From the NCBI GenBank assembly GCA_051294905.1, contig CM119372.1, forward strand, positions 37,512,001-37,576,000: DNA of 64,000 bases. The letters are read 5' to 3'. The DNA comes from Botryllus schlosseri. Taxonomy: Eukaryota. A program made the translations under genes and the position numbers. Shown one piece after another: positions 48,138 through 61,007 of this stretch (positions are counted from its first letter, which is position 1; the number at the start of each line of letters is the position of its first letter). Under the pieces are notes generated by a model. That model saw only the letters and a program-made list of their open reading frames with translations, did not search any database and had not been told where the DNA came from.

Positions 48138-49378
48138 ACCTGACAATGTATTCGGCGTCTGACAATTGTTACGTTGATATCGAGCAGAGTGTGAAATTAT
48201 AGATAACTAACCTACGGATAGCTACGCAACACCCGTCGTCACGCTTGCTTGCTCGGAGGCAAATACTGCTCAGCAATCGGAACGCAATGTAATTGCTAAT
48301 CCCATACACTGTAAAAATTATTCTTGTAAATTTACAGGAAAAAATATGGTATATTCGATTATTAGTTAACAGTATTTTTCTTGTAATCGATTACTAGTTT
48401 ACAGTATTTTTCTTGTAATTCGTTACAAGCTCTACAAGCTAAATCTAGTAATCTCAGTACAAGCTATAGCAATCTCAGTACAAGCTATATCTTGTAACAC
48501 TCTTTTTCTCTCTCTTATTATACCCAAATCTTACACCTGTACTGGCAGAAAGACCCAATGCATTCGGCGGCCATGATTGTTCACAAAACTATAGCGAAAA
48601 GGCTCATTTATTTAAAGCCGATTAACAGCAGCAGATCAGCAGGAAATATACAGCATAATAGGCTCAAGCACAGTATATGAAAATCAACAGCAGCATGTAT
48701 AAAAAGAAATTGTGCAAAAAATATTTGCATGACTTAGCCTGCAGCAGACCAAGCATGCTCCACAGGAGTGCAGCTAATGGCTTGACAAGCACTCATGTAG
48801 TTCCTAAAGTATCATTAGGTCCAGTACAAACCTATTTTCTACTTCACAACGTCAGAATTGTCAAGTAATGAAGTATGCTGAAAATATAATCACTTGAGGC
48901 CAAATCTACTTCAGCACTCCCAAAAAAGCAAAACTATTTACACTTACCATTGTATATCAATGATCAAATGAATTTAAAAACTGCAAATCAATTTGTTTCA
49001 CACATTGAAGCGACCGCAGACGGCATATGCAGCCCTTTGATTTTTGCAATGCAGATGGACAAGAAATGTAGAGTCTTATCCACACCACGTGCGAACTGGA
49101 TATTGAATACCCAATGTATTGACAGGATGAGAGCTAAAGCATGTGTGAAATCTACTACGTCATTTATCACTAGCCCGTCGAAGTGCACCGTCCACTTGGT
49201 TTGTCGAGTGTCAAGATGTATGACTGGGTGCGGTGATTCTGGATTATCCTGAAAAAAGAGGGCACACAACTGTATACTGAAAGGCAAAGAGAGTATGAAC
49301 TTATATAGCCAATAATACTATCAGAGTAATAATGGCTGATGTATTAGGTCAAAATTATGACTATGACAGCACTTATAC

Positions 49379-50173
49379 CAGGGGTACCTTTTCAGCCAAA
49401 GGGACACAAGAGATTTGGGAACCATTGAGTGGGCCACTTGAATGTTAATGACCTTTCTTAAGTCGTCCGATAGGAGCCAACCGAATTAGGTAACATAAAA
49501 ATAAGACTTACATTTTACATTATGTCATGAGAACTCTGTGGGCATTCATGTCGTGATCGCGCTAGGTGGGATATATTTTCAAAAACAACAAATGAATTCG
49601 ATAAATAAATGTGTTACTTGCAAATATTGAGGGTTGCCTTTGTATACCACTGGGTTCATTTTGCAAGGACATGATTATTCGGCGTTTAGATATAGCAATA
49701 TCGAAGGTTTCGGTGAACATCCCTCCGTCCTATTGTGCAAAGTTTCATCGTCGACGATCTCGCTGCGAGCACACAAGCGAAGTCGCATGTTGGACGACAC
49801 AACGTATCTCCTAATTGCGAATATATAGTTGGACTCAATTCTGTAAGTGATGCGTATTTTAATTTTCAGGAGGGCCCCAATACTAAATGCAAAAAATCGA
49901 GTGACAAGAAATCATGCGAAGTGCCAAGAAAAATATCAAGTCGAATAAATCTGCTGCGAGATATTCTACTTAATGGTCATATACGAAAATCTGCGATAAA
50001 TGTGGCTGGCCCCTAAATACGCCAATGCGTCGGAACTGATTTTTTAGTCATCATCAAATTTCGCGGTCAGACCAATCAAATTTTGGCAGGCCTTGCTATT
50101 TTACCCGATGTTTCGAGAATTACCTCGAGGGCCATACACAACCATCTCGCAAGCCACGGGTTAGCCGCCACCG
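49379..50173. mobile_element. Intronic hAT MITE
   Basis: CAGGGGT... start, degenerate right end and a perfect TSD ACTTATAC. Confidence 0.7.
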
Positions 50174-51102
50174 ACTTATACTGACATATCTAGCTGTGAG
50201 CCTATTATCAGCGCAGTAAAGTATATTTTATAGCAATGCAATGTCGACATGTACTTGGTACAAACCTTGTTTATAACCAAGAATTTGTCATAGGATTCGT
50301 TGAACATTGAAGGTATACCGAGCATCCAATTGAGTTCTGCGGAATATGAAAAAAACACAAATTCATATTTTGAGTTGTCCAATAATTTGTATATTCAAAG
50401 CATTGTACCTATCACATCTACAATGTCGGCTGACAAGCGATCCCACTTGATTCTTCTTGCATGCTTGGAGAATTTATTTTCTTTGATCTTGTCCAGAATA
50501 TCTAGACCATTGTTAATCAGCTTCATTTCTTCCAATAGCTGAAACATTATCAGTGACCGTTAAACAGAAATCAAACCGATGATATTGCTTCTTACCCAAT
50601 ATGAATTTCTGAGAAGGGGATACTCCACAAGAATGTCAGCAGTTGGCATGTTCCCGTCTTCTATATCGAACCGACGCCTTTTGAAAGTGGCTTTCATTGC
50701 TTTCATAAGCCTTGCCTTGGCTGGGTTAGATGAATTTGATTCCGATAATATGATTGACTTATGTTCGGCGAAGCTTTCCTCATTGTTCGAAGATTCTCCG
50801 ACCTGAAATTTTTAATTAATATATGAATCAGCGGTTCCCGACCGACAAGTCACGAAAATAGTAATTTCCTACTTCGTTAGCAGGAAGACCAGAACTTCGG
50901 GGTTTCTTGCATCGAGGGCTGCTCGTGTCGGATTCTTCAGTATGGAGCCGTCTCCGTGGACCAGGTCTTCCATACTTTATTCTATTTGCGATGAGAACCG
51001 GATCGTCTGGATTTTCTACTTTCCGACGTTCGTTAAAAATTTTGTTATCGAGTTTCTTTTTCCAATCGTGCTAAAATGTTACGGATTTTAAAGAGTGTAG
51101 CA

Positions 51103-51377
51103 CAGGGGTGGGCAAACTTTTGAGCTCGCGGGCCACATTCAACATCTGAATTCATTCGCGGGCCGCACTATATAAAATTGGGATTATAAACCAAAACGCA
51201 ATATTGATATTTGATTATATAGTGAGGACATGGAGATAACATATGTGCTTATTTAAAACAAGCCAAACATTGCTTTGACGCTCACGTGTCAGAAACATAT
51301 AGTGGCGAGATTTCATAGGCTGGCGGACCTCAATAACCAATTTGTCAAAACTATAGAGATGAAAGTCGGTCGGCCCG
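51103..51377. mobile_element. Intronic hAT MITE (short relative of 55725-56872)
   Basis: CAGGGGTGGGCAAAC start. 51103-51260 is the reverse complement of about 56715-56872. TSD GTGTAGCA/ATGTAGCA. Confidence 0.7.
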
Positions 51378-52432
51378 ATGTAGCACTACCATACTTCAAG
51401 CTTCAAAACTCACCCATGCAGGAAGATAATGATCTTCATCTGCCAAGCTTGATCTCAGGACTTTATATTCTTGCACTAGAGCTGTACATGCCAGAGTTTT
51501 TGTATACGGTGGCACGTCAAGTCTGAATGAAAAGTGGACGAAAGTTACATAGTCAAGAAGCTGAATGCACCAAAATTGGTATCGGGTCATCTCCAGTATT
51601 TTCATTCAGTATATCGTGAGTACAGAGGACTATGGTTGTCACAAAGCGTTAGTCTGTGAATAAGGAAGTAATAGAACCGACCAGATTGTGTGCAGAGCCC
51701 AAAATTATACCCTTTGCGACCAACCCCACACGTTGAAAAACGCTGCACTAGAATATAGATCACTTTAACAGCCAATACCCAAAGTGTTTCGTTAGATCGT
51801 AGAACAGATGGTCCACAATTGCTCTTCTTAACCTTGGCCTCGAGTCGCTTTTTGACTCCAGTTTTTCCACCTCGTTGTGCAGATAAGCAGGAAGGCACAC
51901 CTCATACTTGTGGTCAGAACATCTTTGAGGCTTTTTAGTACATTCTTCAGCATCCATCAATGGCGTATCAGTTATAGATGTAGAGGGCTCCAGATCATTC
52001 ATGAATGATGAAGCATCAACGCCTTGTTCTGAATTTCGCAGACCACTGCACATATCTCCTGCAATTGAAATATCACTTATGAGACAAAATTCTGGTTCCC
52101 AAAGGAAGCGCTAGCTACAAACAAGGCGACTGGGAGGGGGAGATAAATTTTAAAATAATTGATATTAATCGAACGTTACTGTCACACTGATCCCGAAAAA
52201 TCTAAATATTGATCGACTTCTCCATTCTCAAAGTATTCGGCTGTAAGATAACGTTGCGCAACACGACTACATTTTAACGCCGGAACTAGAAAGCTATACT
52301 TAGCTGTCAGTGTTCATATTCTTGATTAAACTATGGCGTGGTTTGTAATTTGAATTTGTAATTGTGAATGTCACTTACACATTGTGTAAGAATGTATTTG
52401 GGAACACTGCTATACACCGTCAAACAGTGGGT

Positions 52433-52546
52433 CAGGCGTGGCCAACCTTTTCGGCAGAAGGGCCACATGCAAGCGACGAACCGTTGCGCGGGCCACTATC
52501 CACACTATTCACATGTAGCCCGCGGGCCACGGGTTGGCCGGTCCTG
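52433..52546. mobile_element. Tiny intronic hAT MITE
   Basis: CAGGCGTGGCCAACC...GGTTGGCCGGTCCTG with TSD CAGTGGGT/CAGTAGGT. Confidence 0.75.
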
Positions 52547-53021
52547 CAGTAGGTGGCATAAAACTTACTATTCGTCTGCTCTTCAGTCAATGATACATCC
52601 ACATTACTGGTGCAATTTGAATTACGAACACCAGCACCAAGCAAATCTGTCACTTTCGAAGGCTCTGCAAGACAAAAATATCAAGTAACGAAGCATGTAT
52701 ATTATGGCAATTGTATATGAGACTAAATTACCTGATGATTTTTTTTCACTCAATTTCAAAATATCGCCACTGCATAGTTCCACATCAGAATCAAATTCAG
52801 CCCAGCCAAAATCTTTGTCATGGTACTCAATGTTGGCATTGTCAGCGGGAACTTCAGGAAATTTATGTAATACAGCAGTTTTCACTTCTAATACAGAGGT
52901 TACTCTAAACACTTTTTAACGGTCACCATAGGTCACCTTCAACTTTAACTGTGCTTCAGCGTTGGCCATAGCAATCAAGACTATTTCAATAACCTGAAAT
53001 ACATCAAATCACAAATATTGA

Positions 53022-53460
53022 TCAGTGATATACGCCGCGACGTAACCTCATCAGGTTAATGTCATTGATTACATATATCTGCTGTGGTTCATGATACATC
53101 AAGTCTGTAGGACGAAAAACACGAACGCCATCTTCTTTAACAGAGTAACTATGAAAATGATTGATAAACTGAATAGACTTTATCAATTTAGTACAAAAGA
53201 AGCACTCGGCATTGACAAACAATATATTGACTATTGCTGTCTGTCGTTTTTGTTGAATTTTCTAGTACTTCTTTGTGCATTCGATAAACATGTACCTCAT
53301 AACTCTTGTACGTACCAAACGTCCGGTTGCAGCAGTCAATTTTGCACAGGAAGCTACTTTCGTCTCGGTGGAACCGCCTCAGGTGAGATAATAAGGACCT
53401 CCTATTGGGAAACGACTCTACACCATCGCAACATTCGGTAGGACACAGCCACAGACTCAT
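53022..53460 (-). pseudogene. Internally deleted transposase: N-terminal C2H2 zinc fingers joined to the C-terminal end
   Basis: CPTECC...LLSHLRRFH and CKIDCCNRTF...HVYRMH, then a frame change near 53225 into ...FINHFHSYSV...RRGVYH*. No catalytic core remains. Confidence 0.65.
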
Positions 53461-53974
53461 CCTAAGTTGCAATAAACGGAGAAACCAAAACGTAAAAAAC
53501 CTGCACCACCAAAAAACTGGCTGGTTTCGCCATTCGCGTTCGCGCCGAAATGGTCTGATATAATATTGTAAAATCCAAATCCTGTTACGAATTCGAGATT
53601 AAAATCCAAGTCCAAATCAATAAAAGGTAGGCTTCTGATCCGAATAACACGTTGAAGTGTAAAGTTATGTGACATTTCAAGTTCATTTCTACATATATTG
53701 ATCGTAAAATTAATCTAAAATCGATATCCATTGTTCTTGAATCAGATAAAAATTATTAATTGCGATTATTTGAAATCGAAATCCAAATCCTTCCTCGTTT
53801 TGTTCTCGCGCCTTTTTGATAAACCGCTCAACCAAAACCGGCGGATTTATTTTGTGCAAACAGGGTGAATTGGGAGTTTATATTGAAATATAATGACCAA
53901 AAGGAAGATAATGAAAAATAGTAACATTGGAATCGCATCGTATTTTGTGTCTTGTGCATTTTCCTATTGTCGGA

Positions 53975-54870
53975 TATGATGTCTGGGTGTTTTTGAACAA
54001 CGTTTCAATTCACATATCTTAGGGGCTTGTCAGGGGTGTGTTCGAACTGCGTTAACACTCGGACATCATGTCTGAGGCGTGACTGGAGTAAGTTCGGACT
54101 GCGTTGTCTATCGAACATCATGGTAGGGATGTGTTCGGACTGCGTTATGACACTCGAGCATCATGTCTGGAACACATTTAGGGCATGTCTGGGGTGTGTT
54201 CGGCCTGTATTGACACTCGGATATCATGTCTGAGGCTTGTCTGGAGATAGGTTCGGACCACGTTGTTAATCACCCATCATGTCAGGGGGTATTTGTAGCG
54301 CGGTGGACACTCGAACATCATGTCTGGGACATGTCAGCGCATGTCGACGGGGGGGGGGGGGTGTTCGAGCTTCGTTGACACTCGGACATCATGACTGATG
54401 CATGTCTGAAACAGGTTCTGACTGCGTTGTCTATCGAACATCATGTTTGGGATGTGTTTGGACTGCGTTTTTACATTTGAGCATCTTGTCTGGGTCATGT
54501 CTAGGGCATGTCTGGGGTGTGTTGGGCCTGTATTGACACTCGGACATCATGTCTGAGGCATGTCTGGAGATAGGTTCGGACTGCGTTGTCAATCGAACAT
54601 CATGTCAGGGGTGTGTTCGAACTGTTGTTGACACTCGAACATCATGTCTGGGACATGTCTGGGGTGTGTTCGAAATGCGTTGACAGTAAGAAATCATGTC
54701 TGAGGCATGTCTGGAGTAAGTTCGAACTGCGTTTTCGATCGCACATCATGTCTGTGACATGTCTGGGGCATGTCGGGGGCGTGTGCGAACTGTGTTGACA
54801 CTCAGACATCGTGTCTGGGCATGTCTGTGGTGTGTTATGGTGTCTGGGGTGTGTTGTCGTGTCTGTGACG
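53975..54870 (+). repeat. Complex minisatellite inside the CACTG element
   Basis: Many interleaved CATCATGTCTG, GGGTGTGTTCG and TTGACACTCG modules with variable periods of about 40-55 bp. Confidence 0.9.
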
Positions 54871-55724
54871 AATCTTGAGTGAGTATACAGACTGCTATTT
54901 TTGTTCATTCTTCTTGCAGAAAATAAACAATTTACAAGCACAATTACAAGCACCGACCTATGACAGCTTGTTATATGCTTGCATTTGGCATTTACAAGCT
55001 CCATCGAGCTTGTATCAAGCATTTATTAGCTCGTTACAAGCTATTTTACAAGAATTCTTTTTACAGTGTAGGTGCCGACCTGAGCGCTCAAATTAAATAA
55101 ATTTGACCTTATTTGAAAGCTTCTGTCGCACTGATACCGAAAATATACATTAAAATCTGTTAAGGGCGATGGAACCGTCTCGAAATACACCTCAAAGTCT
55201 GAAAATCGGTATTGTTCCGAACAATCGCAGCCACGCAGGGGTCATTGTTATGGTCATCGTGGTGCGTCGCTGCGATTGTTTGAAACAATGCCGATTTTCA
55301 GACTTTGAAGGCTATTTCGGGCTGGTTACTTTGCTTTGATGAAAGTTTAATGTATATTTTCGGAATCAGTACAAAAGTAGCTTTCAAATAAGATCAACTT
55401 TATGTAATTTAAGCGCTCGGGTCGTCAGCTATGGGAGTAGCAATTACGTTGCGTTCAGATTGCTGAGCAGTATTTTCCACCGAGCAAGCAAGCGTGACGA
55501 CGGGTGTTGCGTATCTATCCGTAGGTTAGTTATCTATAGTGAAATGGGTTTCTGTACCTGCTACCGATGTTACGAATCACCCCATTAACAAGTAATACAG
55601 CAGTAGCCAAGCCAATCGCAAGGACTTGGTTTTTATGATACAATAAAAATATAAAATCAAGATTGAGCCCTGCTGGATTAATTACATCAGTGCTCTTCAA
55701 CCGGGTGTTTCGTACACCCTAGGG

Positions 55725-56872
55725 CAGGGGTGGACAAACCGCGGGCCGCATGCGGCCCTCCGAACCGTTCTGTGCGGCCCACGAGAGTCTAAAGAAACTT
55801 GATAAAGATATTGGTTATTAAAAGTCCAATTAATGCAGGGACTTGATTGAACTTGTTTTTAGGATATTTCTCCATGATAAATCGAAGGCAGTGGCTCTCA
55901 AAACTGGAGGGCGCACCCCCCTTAGCATGAAAGCATTCGCAAGGGGGCCTTAAGCTGAACTCGACTGAAAAAAAATTTCGCGCTGGGTGCGATTTACTTC
56001 CTATTCATAGTTATTGCTCTGTATTTAGCCTGAATTTCATATTTAATATTCTCTCATCCGCAATCGTAACCTTCCATGCCATCAAACTACCCGTAAGGTT
56101 TGCTAGCATCCTAGTTGCGTTTTGTGATATGACGGTAATACGTGGACGCGAAATCTTTTACCATTATAAGGGGGGCGTGTCTTAAAAATTGTGAGAACCA
56201 CTGTTATAGGGTAATTACTTCCTATGTCATTTTTACGTTTAATTTCTAGCGCGACAGCCCGATCTCACGGCCCACGCAGTTTGAAAGGTTTTACCTGCTT
56301 AACATCACAGAAATCCTAAACGAGACTGACATAATTAATTCGGATCACGAGTATGATTTCAGATTGGCCACTCCAGTTTTAATTATTTCAGTGATGTGCT
56401 TAGAAAAAAAAAACGATTCGAACGTGTCTTAGGTAGACTCGTTCTCTGTATGCGTAGAATCAGTGTATTTATATTTTATCCACACATAGTAGAAGCGTGT
56501 TTGAAGCATACATGTCATGGAACTGAACCAAAAGTGGAATTAGTAAATCTATAAACATATCGCTGCTCACAGATTTAAAATTCAATCCTGTTCTAAGAAT
56601 AGGGACAACCAACTTCCATCTCTACAGTTTTGACAAATTGGTTAATGAGGTCGACCAGCCCCAAAAATCTCGCCACTATTTCTGACGCGTGTTCGATAGC
56701 ATCAAAGCAATGTTTGGATTGTTTTAAATAAGCATATTATCTCCATGTCCTCACTATATAATTAAATTCCAATATTGCGTTTTGGTTTATAATCCCAATT
56801 GTATATAGTGCGGCCCGCGAATGGATTCAGATGTTGAATGCGGCCGCGAGCTCAAAAGTTTGCCCACCCCTG
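55725..56872. mobile_element. hAT MITE (CAGGGGTGG TIR)
   Basis: Perfect TSD CCCTAGGG at 55717-55724 and 56873-56880. Confidence 0.9.
55889..56203 (-). mobile_element. hAT MITE, reverse relative of 4748-5044
   Basis: CAGTGGCTCTCAAA...TGAGAACCACTG. TSD is poorly preserved. Confidence 0.7.
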
Positions 56873-57289
56873 CCCTAGGGTGTACCAAAATATTAAAAGG
56901 GTGTACCAGTCAGATGGGGTGTACCAGATTCGCATTAAAATTGACCAATGACTAGCTATCACAATAAATAGGCAGTTTATACCTCAGAACATGTATTTCG
57001 CACAATTACATTCCTTTTCTGATGTCATAAGCAAATGCTTCTCCTTATTTAAACGTTGGTAATGGATTTATCGATTCCTTTTGGAGTAGAACAGGATGGA
57101 GTTGACGTGTTGACGTGCTGATGTGTTTCGCTTGCGAAATCTGTCTATAATGATTCTTGTCTAAATAGCGTATTGTACATAATTGCAGGGCCGGCAGTAG
57201 CCAGCCGGTCTCGGTGGGTCGAGGTTGAGAATGTTGGTCCGGTAACTTCGAGCCCTGATTAGTATTAAGCATTTCAAGTACGTTACAAC

Positions 57290-57807
57290 TAGGGCTGGGC
57301 AAAATCGAGTTCCCGGGTGATTCGATTCTGAATCACGCATTTTGCTTCGAGTCGAGTCGAGTAATCGAGTATCACTTATTATGACGTCATAACCGAAAAT
57401 AGTATTTCAAAGTACAAATATAGTACCTTTTATGCCACCACAAAGAATGTAATGTCCATTATCCATCATATTAAAGATAGCTAGGTATATTTTGAACCAC
57501 ACTGATTTCATTTCACCGGGTGGCAAAGTTGTGGAATGATCATGACTTCAGAAATGCGTTATTCCCAGTAACGTTTGTAGCTTTGTACTATATGTATTGT
57601 ATGCTACGGTGCGACCAGTCAAGGTTTCAAGGCTTCCTCTCTGAAAATTAGTATCGAAACTATAATTCTGGTTGATAAATTAACTTTCAGCGGCGAGGAG
57701 CGTATAATTTCAGTACTCGAAAAAATCGTATTTTACTACTCGACTCGAATCATTAAAATTACTACTCGATTCAGATTCGAGTACTCGAATCATTATGCCC
57801 AGCCCTA
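57290..57807. mobile_element. hAT MITE (TAGGGCTGGGCA TIR)
   Basis: Perfect TSD GTTACAAC and TCGA-rich subterminal repeats. Confidence 0.92.
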
Positions 57808-59428
57808 GTTACAACCTCGTTCATCCTTATTTCAACAGGCTGGAGGCGGCCAACCTGCAGACGTACGTTCGCATGCAGCGGCTAAACAATAATTATTCGG
57901 CTCTCTGCAGGTAATTAACTTTGCGTGTGTTGGCGTCCGTCAATATGCAATTTGAATTTGAATCTTCAAGAGATTTTCAACTTGAAAATTTCATTCACGC
58001 TTTTCTCGATTGAGGGCGACGTGGATTTTTTGTTTTTAATATAATAGTGTAATCTGAGTCCACCGTACAAATGCGAACCGCAGAGGAAAATGATGTACCC
58101 CATGAAGAAATACCGAGTGCGCGCCTCATGTGAGTCCCGCAAATAGAGATTTTTCAAGTACGTTTGGCCGATTCCAATATATATTTCGACTATATGCCTA
58201 GAAACCTGATGGGAGGTCAAAAAATAAAAACAGGCAACAAAGTGATTAATAAAAACCCGAAGATGCATCATCGATAATTTTGTGCCCAGCATTTTCAAAG
58301 ACACCCTTCATCAGCTATGTTGGTTAATCTGATCACGCTGACTGATAATAATGGACAAACATTGGACATTAATATATGAAACTGACAATATTATCGACGA
58401 AATTTACCCCCGAGATGGTAAATGTTTTTGCGCTTCGCACGACTAGTCGGAGAATCCAGTATTTGGTGTATAGATGGCAAGCATGCAGGGGTGTTCTCCT
58501 GCTACAATTTAAAACTTTTATACGCAATGTATACCTCAAAAAACAGTGATGACACAGAACACCACAAGGGCTCTCCGCGGTGTGAAGTTCCCAGAAACCA
58601 ATTTAACATTAGCATATGACGTCCAGATGGGCCATGACGACTTTCCGCCGGAATGAGGCCTCATGCTATATATCAAATCCAAGCACGTCCGTGAGTAGCA
58701 AGTAGTTTGAACAGTGAACACCCCTAGATTAGGCTTATATGCGGAATCAGTGAGTTATGTGGTCAGGGGTGCACGAGTATCGAGTAAACGTTAAAAGGGT
58801 GTACCACGACGAAAAAGGTTGAAGAGCACTGATTTACATCAGACCACGATATCAATTTTATTGATTTGTTGAATAAGCATGCAGTGTATTTGGCTCTTGA
58901 TGTCGTGTTAATGCGGTCAAGGTCACAGCAGAGAGTCACTAAATATTCACAAACGGAAAGCTGGATATTTCGAGCAATTTTTTGTAACAAAGCAAGTAAA
59001 ATTTTTGAGATTCTCAAGGTGCATGCTCGTTTAGTGTTGATTTTTTTATGCTGCCAGCGCCATGCATAGAGTGACCCGCATTTGAAATGCAATAAGTTTC
59101 AACCAAAGATGTTATAATGAAGTGTAATATATGAAAAATGTTAACAGTGCAGAACCTAGCCAAGGTTCGTTCGTGAACGTGAACCTCTGAATTTGCGAGG
59201 TTCAAACACAGTACGCGAACGTGAACCTCACGTTCACACCATCCCTAACATATACTATATATGCCTATCCATAATAACGACTGCAGACATGGGGTAATCG
59301 CGATTAGTAATCGTAATCGATTACGACGATTACAGCATTTTGAAGTAATGTAATCGCAATCGATTACATTCGAAAAAAATCTGAAGTAATCGTAATCGTA
59401 ATCGACTACTTTCCATATCTAATCGATT

Positions 59429-59982
59429 TTTTTTATGAAAGAAATCGCCAAGTTTATGTATCAGTTTCACTGCGGTCGTTGCCCCGAATATTTCAATGAC
59501 TTCTTTACCTCTGAATCAAAAGCGCACAAGTACAACACACGCGCGTCCACGTCGTCCAAATATCATATGATCGACCGAAAAGATCATCGCTCCATCAAAT
59601 ATGCCGGACCTGATGTGTGGAACAGTATCCCGCCGGCCATCCGACAGTCGACGAGCATGTCCACATTCAAGTCGAAATACAAGCAATTACTACTAAATAA
59701 ATACAGTCCATCCTCAAGATTACCGGACCACGACTGACCTATCGATCTCGCTTCCCATGACATGCCGCCCTATTTCTTGTCGCTTTCTTTTTCTATACTG
59801 TATTCTTTACTTTCATTCAGTGTGCATGCCTCCTCTTTACTACGCCTAGGCCAAGGTGGGTGTCCGATTCCATTGACAAATCCAAGTCGCTTCGACATCT
59901 TCCTGTCTATTCAGTGTATCGCATTTTTTGTGGTGTATTGAAGTGATAAAATTGCTAATAAACCAATGATGATGATGATGAA
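59429..59982 (+). mobile_element. 5'-truncated LINE (CR1/L2-like) 3' end
   Basis: ORF 59435-59737 has HKYNTR...SIKYAGPDVWNSIP...TFKSKYK, the typical ORF2 C-terminus. It is followed by a 3' UTR with AATAAA and an (ATG)n tail. It is inserted in a GTAATCG-repeat MITE end that starts near 59284. Confidence 0.85.
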
Positions 59983-61007
59983 AGAACGATTACTTTTTGT
60001 TTGTACAAGGACTATGACATAAACTGAATATTCGTGAACAAGAATGAGATAATGTACCACGTTAGCGAAAGCACAAACATCTGTTTTCAAACGCCACTGA
60101 CTCATTATTACGTCATAAGTATGAACTCCGCTCATCATTGCGTAAAGCCTGGAATAGACGATCCGTACGGAGCGCATGCGTTCAGTGGAATTGGTGAGAT
60201 AGTGGGATTGCGTCATCGCAAGGGCAGTAAACAACATGCGCTCAGCCGTGACTTTCACGTGATCATCACCTGCACACTGCACAGTTGGGACTGTTGGTAA
60301 TATTCACAAATGTTTATCGAGCATGAGATTATTGTCGCTTTGGTGTTTGAGCTTGAGGGTTCATTGGTTTCGAAGTATGCCCCGTTTCAAAAAAGTGGTT
60401 AAAATATGAAGCCTTAGGAAGAAAAATGTTAAACTTTTAGGTGTTCTGGCTGCTTTTATGTCTTCCCCCGTTGGATTCCGAATGTCGATGTGTACTATGC
60501 CGAGCATGCAAAGACTTCACATATCTTCAAGTCCATATCACAGAACAATATCACGCCAAATTGTGTTCCTGGCTACCTTGTTATAGTAGTCTGGATTGGT
60601 GTGATTGTACAGCTCTATACACAGCAGCAATCAGATTCTCGTCTTCTATATTATTCATTTTGTTTTACAACTGAAAATAGCATAAAATCGCATGGTTAAT
60701 CACTGCAACTTCAGGAAGTGCGATGTACGATCACTACTGAGACAGATCTGCTTGCTGAACGGATGGAAAATACGCGTGGAAGCGAACGCGTGCGGGTCCT
60801 CACACTTTTGCTCTTTCTGCTCCTCATTTTTTCCTCGTCCCTCTTCTCTCTCGCACGCATCCGTTTGAGAAGAGAAATAAGGAGAGAAAGATACGGACGC
60901 GTTTACGGATCGTCTATTCCAGGCTTAAGAAGTATCCACACATAGTAAACTTTGTAGTGTGATTGTAAGAACACCTCCCGTGGTGTATATCAGGTTATCA
61001 ATACACT

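Larger units (their letters stand above)
48988..52969 (-). pseudogene. Multi-exon transposon accessory gene (SAMD3-like family), with an early TAA
   Basis: GT-AG exons at about 52993-52732, 52058-51780, 51071-50872, 50802-50595, 50538-50409, 50339-50265 and 49248-48988. Motifs WKKKLDNKIFNERR, MKATFKRRR...ILVEYPLL and ALALILSIHWVFNIQF...TLHFL. TAA at codon 18. Confidence 0.72.
48307..55068 (-). mobile_element. EnSpm/CACTA-like transposon with CACTG termini (defective)
   Basis: CACTGTAAAAA...TTTTTACAGTG with a 2-bp TA TSD, confirmed by the empty opposite arm of the host. TACAAGC subterminal repeats and two genes on the minus strand. Confidence 0.88.
48198..55538. mobile_element. Palindromic MITE with TATAG termini and a 7-bp TSD (P-element-like by inference)
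   Basis: TATAGATAACTAACC...GGTTAGTTATCTATA with a perfect TSD GTGAAAT. 48198-48306 plus 55071-55240 is the reverse complement of about 55260-55538. Confidence 0.85.
55688..58831 (+). mobile_element. Defective hAT element (CAGTGCTCTTCAACC TIR)
   Basis: Perfect 15-bp TIR with TSD AATTACAT/ATTTACAT and GGGTGTACC subterminal repeats. The empty site is near 11480. Confidence 0.88.
47561..59247 (+). mobile_element. TAGGGATGGTGTGAACC-family MITE inflated to 11.7 kb; outer shell of nest 3
   Basis: TAGGGATGGTGTGAAC...GTTCACACCATCCCTA with TSD TCATATAC/ACATATAC. Its pieces are colinear with 10731-11916. Confidence 0.88.

Noticed and set aside
53975..54870. Regularly spaced repeats as a CRISPR array or a repeat-protein CDS
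   Set aside because: The intervening sequences are themselves repeat modules rather than unique spacers, and all ORFs here are short by-products.
57900..58750. Transposase ORF inside the 55688-58831 element
   Set aside because: There is only faint, fragmentary resemblance to Buster-type transposases, too degraded to call by eye.
60718..60945. Small membrane-protein ORF
   Set aside because: The hydrophobic stretch derives from a low-complexity CT-rich tract and has no other support.
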